A model generated the notes under the pieces. The model searched no databases. It was not told the origin of the DNA and saw only the letters and a program-made list of their open reading frames with translations. The translations under genes and the position numbers were made by a program. A stretch of DNA of 64,000 bases from Dimorphilus gyrociliatus (Eukaryota > Animalia > Annelida), in NCBI GenBank assembly GCA_904063045.1, contig CAJFCJ010000004.1, forward strand, positions 556,195 through 620,194. Reading direction: 5' to 3'. Below are positions 56,343-64,000 of this stretch, piece after piece. The stretch's first letter is position 1; every line of letters starts with the position of its first letter.

Positions 56343-57293
56343 GCTTTTTTTTCGAATTGAAATGTCACTACGAATGACTTCCTAAAAATTTGGTCACTTA
56401 TCATTAGTACTCAGTTTTTTTTACCCGTTGTCCATAATTAAGGGTGGTGCTATTTTACCAATTTTTTAATAAAAAAATATGAAATATAAACTAAAAATAA
56501 CATATATTTTAATTAAGTCAAGTCTTTATTATGTTATTCTAAAATTCAAAAAATAAGGTAGTTTAAGAAAATTTAACTATAACTTTTCATTAAATTAAAA
56601 AAGTTTAATCAGTAAAAAATTTTCTTTTTCATTTTTAATTATATTCTTTAAACTTGTTAAAGATATAGGTCTTTACTTCCGGTGTTTTTATAATTCTTAA
56701 CAGATTAAACGCCATCTGTAGGTTGATTGAACAAACTAATTACCCACATGGGTTGGTTAAACTATCAAAGTTGAAGTATTTTTGAAGTTTTTACCAATTA
56801 ATTTTTAATGATTCATTATAAATTATTCATAGTCCTATTCAATTTTTGGGAAAAGAGCGTTGAATACATGAGAAATTAACGTGAAAAAGGTATTTTAGTT
56901 GAATTTCGACTCACTCTGATACCCTATTATTTGACTGTTATGAATATAATAATAGTTTAATTACTTTTAATTGGTGTATTTCAATAAAGTGTAATATTAC
57001 AAATATTCTGTTGAATTCATCTATTTGCTACTTACATAAAGCATAAAACTAGCTGAGAAAAAGAAATTGAACATTAACAAATAGTCATTATAAAGTTTAT
57101 CATTCGAGGCTCTTTTTTGTGTTTTTCTTATTAATAAAATCTAAAAATTCCTTAATCTTTTTACTTTGATGTTTTTCTGACACTTTCTTATTGAAGTAAT
57201 AATCTTTTTATCCTAAAAACATTATATGTTCAAACGTTAAAAATTGAAATTAGATATTCAACTGTAATTCAGCGACATCTATCGATAGATCTT

Positions 57294-57506
57294 TCAATAA
57301 ACACAAAAGTTCAAAGGGTCGGAGGGATTGAATGAAGAACGACGCGGAGCGCGTGGCAGCATATGGCGAAAAGGAGGCGTAGTACAATATAGACGTCTAT
57401 TTGAAGGAAAACTGCGCCGAATTGTCGCAGCGGGTGACTTATAGATGCCGTCATTCGAGTAGGGGAGGTGTGGAACTTTGTCCAGGTTGATCGCCATCTG
57501 TTTACC
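57294..57506 (-). CDS. GC-rich coding-like exon (GKQMAINLDK...NFCVY*); candidate distal terminal exon of the protocadherin, or an independent small ORF
   Basis: 70 stop-free codons, GC-rich relative to the flanks, preceded by AG in phase 0. The acceptor lacks a good pyrimidine tract. Confidence 0.4.
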   Translation of the reverse strand, partial: GKQMAINLDKVPHLPYSNDGIYKSPAATIRRSFPSNRRLYCTTPPFRHMLPRAPRRSSFNPSDPLNFCVY

Positions 57507-58249
57507 CTATTTCTTCATTGAATGAATTAAATGCTAATTGACTCACACTTAACATTTTCCTTAATGATTAGTAGAGAAAGAAAAAAGAAGAAAATTCAAA
57601 CGAAACTGTACACCTGACCGTGTCTCATCAATAACTCACGTCCAATCATGACTCCTTTCTTATCTTTTTCCCTTTTCTTCCCATAGAGTCTTAATAACAT
57701 TCCTTTTAAAGTACAGTATATGCCAAACTTTGATAATAGTAGTTGAAATTAGAGATACGTAGCTTTCCTTTCATCCTTATCTTTATTTATTTATTCATTT
57801 TCTTTCTCTTTTTCTCTTCCTATCTTGCTCTCTCTCTCTCGCTTTATCTATCTATCGTATTATTTCTCTTCTTATTCCCTTTCTCATTAAGAAAAAAGGA
57901 AGAAAAAAAAAGAAGACTAAAATGAATGGGACAAAAGAAAAGAGGAGTGAAGGGTGCTGTATGTAAAATGTTGAGCAATTGAAGGAAAGTTGTTAAAAAA
58001 GGCGACTTTTTTTGGCGTCAATTAAGACTGTCGAATAAGTTGTATATAGGACAAATTATACGTTCCTTTCATTAGGTTATAATTGCAATTGAAAAGTTGT
58101 TGAGTGTGTTTTTTGTTAGGTAGGTTTAATTTCGTATGGTTTGACAGATATATAAAAACAGAGTTCCGTTTGATAAATTGGGCGCTGATTACAGGGTGTT
58201 TTTTTTTGAAGAGTCTATCTTTAGAGAATGTCCTTTTTTCTTCATTTCT

Positions 58250-58261
58250 GTCTATCTCTCT

Positions 58262-58351
<90 letters not shown>
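58250..58351. repeat. Long interrupted (CT)n microsatellite
   Basis: About 100 bp of CT with occasional CTAT; it generates spurious SL-repeat ORFs. Confidence 0.95.
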
Positions 58352-58354
<3 letters not shown>

Positions 58355-59979
58355 ATTTATCTATTTACCAACCCCTAATTCTTTCTAAACATTGTTTTTT
58401 TTTCTATCCTACGTCCCCTCTCTACTTTGAAGAGATTAAAGGAATTACTGAGAAAAAGATTTAACTAAATCACCCGTGGAGGTAATTTTGTCTACTTTAC
58501 TTGTCCTTTATACTCAAATTGGCTAAATCGGCTTGAATTTAGTTCAAAATTAAAAAAAAAACCCCTTTAGCTTAAGATAAGTAGAAAAGGAAGGAGAATA
58601 GAAGGAAGTGTACAGTTTTTCAAAACTTACTTTACCGTTATAATTCTTTGAAAATCTCCACTACTTTTTGTTTGACAAATAGGGATAGGAACCAAACACT
58701 AGTGATGAAGGAGTAAAAGAGACAAAATGTCTATTGTTTAAAGTAATTGAATTAATATCATTACTAGCATTTTTATGATTATTCATCGTATACTTAAACG
58801 GATAGAGAGAACAAAAAGAACTTTGTACATTTTTTTGAAGCTTTATCCACCATTGTAACAGAGTATAATAAGGTTATTACTTACGATTGATTGACCCTCA
58901 ATTACATTCTTTGTTTGAATTCTTCACGAAAAAAAAATGGTTAAAAAACAATTGATAAATAAGCTTATTTAACTTGTAATTGATAATGATAATAACAGTT
59001 ATTTTATTACATTATTCTCACTTTCTTTGACAAACTTTTTCGATTATTAGGCCTACGTTTGTTATGTAAACACATTGTGTATGTTTAACAAAGTATACAC
59101 GTACATATAGTATATATATATATATATATATGTATATTTTGGCAGACATTCGATAATCGTTAAAAAACGTTAGGAAACAACTTTTTTTTTGTTCAAGGAT
59201 TTTATTTTGCAATTCATCAAAATAGAAAATACTTAATTTGCATATTTAAAGGGATTTAGGAGAAGAAATGAAACATTAAAAGATTATATTATCGCTATTA
59301 TGCAAAACAAAGGGGGGGGGAGAAAGTTTAGTATTAAACTAGTATATATATGTATATATATATTTTCTTTTTGCACAAAGTACGAAAGATTCTTGTTTAA
59401 TTAGCTTATAATTACTGTTTTTGTATTATTGAGAAAAGGTTATAATAACATTGAAAAAATAGTTTAAATATTAGTCTTAAGATTTTTCCAAGTATATCAT
59501 TTGACACTTTTATATGAAAGATATCATTCTTTCTCCTTTCTTCTCTCTTTAGTTTTTTCCCCCTATTTATAGATTAGAGTTCTTTTGTACATATCCATTT
59601 CCCTTTTCTTTTATTCTTGATTAGTCAATAGTCTAACTGTTACTTATTCATTCGTCATTAATTTCTTTTATTATGTTGTTTACGTTGCTAATTAGAAGAA
59701 AGAAAATGTCATGCCGAGCTAATAAAAGCAAATGCTTAAAGCTTATACATCCTCTTAGTTAAAATTTCTATTATCAATTAAGTGACGTGTGGACAATAAG
59801 GAGACTGCATGATATTTCATAGGATAAAATTAAGATAACAATAAGAAACTAATTAGGAAACTTTCTAATCTATTTGGCCTATATATTTAACTTGAATTTT
59901 ATTTGAGTGGCATTCCGCCCCTTTTCCCACCCCCTCCTAAGGATAATGCCTAGGCTTTCTATATTGCGCTTTCTTTCTT

Positions 59980-60010
<31 letters not shown>

Positions 60011-61073
60011 TACTTACTTTATATAAACAGTAAACAAAATAATTTACCTTTTTTTAAGAGCAAAGAGAGAGAGAGAAAAAGAAAAACGATTTTATCGTCT
60101 TTCGGTTTTATTTGCTTGAGTCTTTTTTTATTTTAAGCAATAAACTCCTCTTATTGTTGTACAAAAAAACAATTTGAAAAAAAATACCCTTTGTTTATAT
60201 CATAACATCAAAAGAAAATTGGAGAGGATTAGGAAGACGAATAAGATAAAGACATGCGAAAATTTCACTATGATCTATTAGATAAATATGAATTGATATT
60301 CTAGATTCGTTGGATATTTTTTACTCTTAATCCTTTAATTAATATTCCTTATTAATTAAACATTGTTACTTAATACTTTTTTTTCAAAGTTCTTTTTATG
60401 TTCGCCCATCATTTGGTACCGCCCTCCCTAACTATACATTGTGTAAAAGTTTTATGTGCTTTGGCTCTTGATAAACACTTCAGATGCTAATTAAGGTCAA
60501 TGTCGTAATCCGAAAAAAGGTCAAAACACAATGAATAATCTCTTTGAGGATTTTAAATTTTCGTTGCATTATTTCTCATTCAACAATGCAAGTTAAGTTT
60601 CCGACGATAATGGATATATTATATTGATGAAGAAAGGTGTAGAATTGCTAAGCAGGAGAGGGTTGTGTAGAGAACATCGATGTGTGTGAGCGAGTATTCA
60701 AGGGGTGGGGGGGATAGATAGAAAAAAGTAGACGGGGAGATTGTGGGAGGGATTTTGAATGGTTGACGAGGGTGAGGAGAGGAATGAGGCGTACAACCGC
60801 CCACTTTTTTTCTTTCGATTTTCGATTTATCGACTTTAGTTTGTAAAAAAACTCGGACGGCAGTATGAAAAAAGCTGACAAAATCCATCAATCTTTCTAA
60901 ACAATGTCTCCTTTGTCGCATAACTACAAAAGAAAATAGAGCCGTTATACCGTTTTATAATCTTTCGAATGCGAATTTTATTCCCCGCAGAATAGTCCTA
61001 TAAAACTCCCCTGGGGTTAAGAAACACTATAGGCCTCCGGAATGCTGAATGAAGGCTGAATTAGCTTCGTTCA

Positions 61074-61086
61074 AGGTCAAAGGTCA
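61074..61086 (+). promoter_or_regulatory. Perfect DR1 nuclear-receptor element
   Basis: AGGTCA-A-AGGTCA. Confidence 0.5.
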
Positions 61087-62077
61087 GGTTACATTAAATC
61101 GTGTATGTTGAATGAATAGTTGTTGGCGCTAATGTTCGGTCGTGACTCTATAGAAACGTGCATGAGAAACGGAAGAAGAGAAAGATTGGTAATATGCATA
61201 GAAATAGCAGCGGTTTGTTTAAAGCTTATGCTTGTTGTATAAATATACCCTCAATTACATATTTTGGGTTAACTGTCTAGAATAAGGTAATGCTTTTTTC
61301 ACAAATCTAAATAAACTGTTGGCCTTTAAACTAGCCTTATCGTTTATATTTCCTCTCTTAGCAATCCATCATTTTAAACTATAAAAATCTACAGGTTATC
61401 TGACTATTGTTCTATCATACGATTCATTTAGATCTTTAACATTTCAATTTTGTTTATTCTTAAATATTAGTAATATTTAATGACATATTTAAAGAAAAAA
61501 CAATGTAAAAACGTATTCACATAAGTTACATATGTATATATTAGGTTTTTGTTTTTATCTATTTGTTTTCTTCTCTTTCCAATTGACCTCTCTCGTGAGG
61601 CGGACTAACAAATCAGTCATTTACGCGGGAGGGACTATATATTTAAAACTCCCGCAGCAGCTATTCACTTATGTAATATAACGTAAATGTTAGTCAAATT
61701 ACGCCCTTAATAGACTTATAATTAAACCCCGCTGCTATTTTTCATTCTCATAAAAAAAGTTTGCATTTTATTCGACGTCTACCTTTTTATCGATGAGATT
61801 ATCTTGATAAGGAGGGGGGTTTTTTTTGATGCTTCAGGATGAAGAAATGTGGCTTTTACACACACATACACTCTCTCCCTCTTTCTTACCGACTCCCTAC
61901 TAGTTTATTTCTTTTTGATAACATCACATTTGATAAAAAGGTAAATAGAAAGACGCCGAAAGAAATTTGTAAAAATGTCCATAACACAGATTGTAAAAAA
62001 AATAATAATGTAACAAAACAACGAGGAAGGGAGGAATCGATTGGTTCCAGTTCTATCTCTCTTCCTCGATACGATTA

Positions 62078-62807
62078 TCATACTACGCTACACGCTTGTG
62101 AATCGAGAAGCGTACTGTCTGTAATAGTATATTCTCCGGAAGTAGCTGACGACACGTCACTTGAATCATATTCAGATTTAGATACTGCTCTTGGACTATA
62201 ACGATTCGATCCTTCTATTGATAAATTCATATCTGTTATTGATCCGCGTCCACTGTCGGATTGTTTGTCTGAGTGCTGTTTATAAGTTTGTAGAAGCTGT
62301 TGTACTCTCTCTTGGCCATCAGGAATTTTGTTTGATGGAGGCTGTTAGGAAAAAATAAAGAAAAATGCTCATGAATATTTAAATTTATTTAAGTATTATT
62401 TATCCTTTAATTGGTTAGAATAATTCTAGAATGTCTCCTAATCGGTTTTAACCTGCTAAAAGGTTATTACGTCTACTTCCTAAATAAAGGAAAATAGAAA
62501 GGTGACGACGGACCAGAAGGGCGAAAGAGCGTCCATCCTATTACATAATAGCCTGGCATATTTATACTCGCGCGTCGTTTGCAGACGCCCTCTATTTACA
62601 TTACGAGCGTAAGAGTGTTGTGCTTGATATAGAATATTATTTGTATAAGCAGATACGGTTCACTATTAATTTGTCCTCACTAAAAATAATATTTTGTTTC
62701 AAGACTATATAAGTAAAAGAACTATTTTGAAATACTGCACTTCCTAGCTCGTGTGATATTACCATATAGAAACTTAATCTATTCCAGCCACTCAATTTAT
62801 TTCTTTA

Positions 62808-62842
<35 letters not shown>

Positions 62843-64000
62843 GCTCAGTTCCCTTTATACTCTTAAACAGAGGATATATTCTCATTGTATTATGAAATGT
62901 ATTGTATATCGAAACCTCCCACTTTTTTTTCTTTCTAGATTAAACGATAAACTGTCGCCCGTACAATTAATAATTCAAACCTCATTCAAGCTTGAATAAG
63001 ATTTTTTTTAACTTTTATTCTAGTCGTCCTACCCTCCTCATAGATCTACTTTTTCTCTCTATTAATCTATTTCCTTCTAGCTGCTCTTCTTCTCTCTATT
63101 CCCTTTCTTTGCCGAATAGGGGATGGTAATATTATTTGTCTGTTAATAAACTACTTTATTGCTTTAATATGCCGTTTTTAGCTGCTAAAGAATAAAGGAT
63201 ACAAAACACGCCATTTACGCATTAAAATCGCTTAAAATAACAGCGTGTCAACGCTCGAATTCATCCTCTCTTTACGCCTCTTCCTATTCTTTTAAAGGAC
63301 AACTGGCGAGAGGATATCTTGGTTTCTTTTTTACGGGGGTTGATTACTTTCACTCTTTATAAAATACCCGCATATTTTAGGAATAAAATTATCAATCTAA
63401 AAATATTTACATGCGGGAGAACTTTTTTTCTTCTCTTTTTTATAAGAAAGGAAGAGACAGACGTTGAACGATAGAGGTCAAATATGGTTGAAAAAGAAAA
63501 AAATTTACGATATTAATCTTACCTGAGGATATTCTATTGATTTTTCTTCGTCTTCCTTCTTTAATTTATTTATCTTTCGCTTTCTTCTCAACTGTACTAA
63601 AATCGCTGCAATAAGTGCTATGGCTACAAACAATGTGCCACATATAATTGCGATTATTGCATAAAGTTTGCCGTCATTAGACGCCTTCGCAGTTTCCGGA
63701 GACACAGTAATGGCAACGCTACAAAAAGCCTCGTAATTTCCATCTTGAACCTTGACCCTTAGCGTTGTGATGTAATCGACGTAGCCTCCTAAATCCTCTT
63801 TTACTACAATCCTTCCGGATGTCTCGTCCAGGCTGTAAATATCCGCTCCGCTTACGGATTCGATTGTATAAATAAGGCGGCTACCATCTAAATCGGACGC
63901 TTTTATTGCCCCGACAGATTCGCCAATTTTCGCATTAGAAGCCACTGTTATATTAGCGTCGTAGACTAGAGGAGGATTATCGTTGACGTCCAATACTTTG
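62078..64000 (-). CDS. Protocadherin-like cadherin, 3' part only (last EC repeat, TM, cytoplasmic tail); the gene continues beyond the window
   Basis: DVNDNPP, ASDLD, V.V.DG cadherin motifs run directly into a TM helix and RRKRK stop-transfer. Donor after YPQ (about 63522); next exon 62080-62341 reads PPSNKIPDGQERVQQLL...SDSGRGS...LDSQACSVV*. Confidence 0.88.
62811..62840. repeat. (CT)n microsatellite in a protocadherin intron
   Basis: Visible directly. Confidence 0.9.

Noticed and set aside
57743-58464. ORFs with SL/LS repeats
   Set aside because: Translation of (CT)n and T-rich microsatellites.
60619-60921. 100-aa - strand ORF
   Set aside because: It arises from G/C-rich regulatory-like sequence, has no splice partner or homology, and is better explained as non-coding.
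61839-62201. 120-aa + strand ORF
   Set aside because: Antisense to the protocadherin tail exon and its 3' flank.

Overview
AT-rich (roughly 30% GC by eye), gene-dense animal genomic DNA with mostly tiny (50-100 nt) GT-AG introns and many dinucleotide microsatellites. It looks like a compact invertebrate, probably spiralian/annelid-like genome; that is an inference, not an identification. By manual splicing I can support 14 recognisable multi- or single-exon genes. In order: AK6(+), AF10/MLLT10(-), an IkB/Cactus-like ankyrin gene(+), INO80C(-), GON4L(-), ADSL(+), a half-size CTC1(-), MARS1(-), TMEM41B(+), SUPV3L1(+), GCKR(-), Src42A/FRK(+), Maelstrom(-), XPO7(+). There is also the 3' end of a protocadherin-like gene(-), two spliced orphan genes (37.6-38.5 kb +, 55.5-56.3 kb -), and an unexplained TATA-Inr transcription unit with small ORFs at about 2.2 kb(-). 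I found no rRNA, tRNA, CRISPR array or intact transposon, and no single obvious multi-gene novel system. The best leads are: a miniaturised CTC1 that appears to lack the N-terminal OB folds and the OB-G zinc ribbon; a protocadherin tail whose stop codon sits inside a splice donor, with candidate alternative terminal exons; a degron-less IkB; two orphan proteins (PB1-like; Cys/His-rich type II membrane); and duplicated tandem-CCAAT modules with no visible gene. All homology calls are from memory of family motifs; no database search was run.
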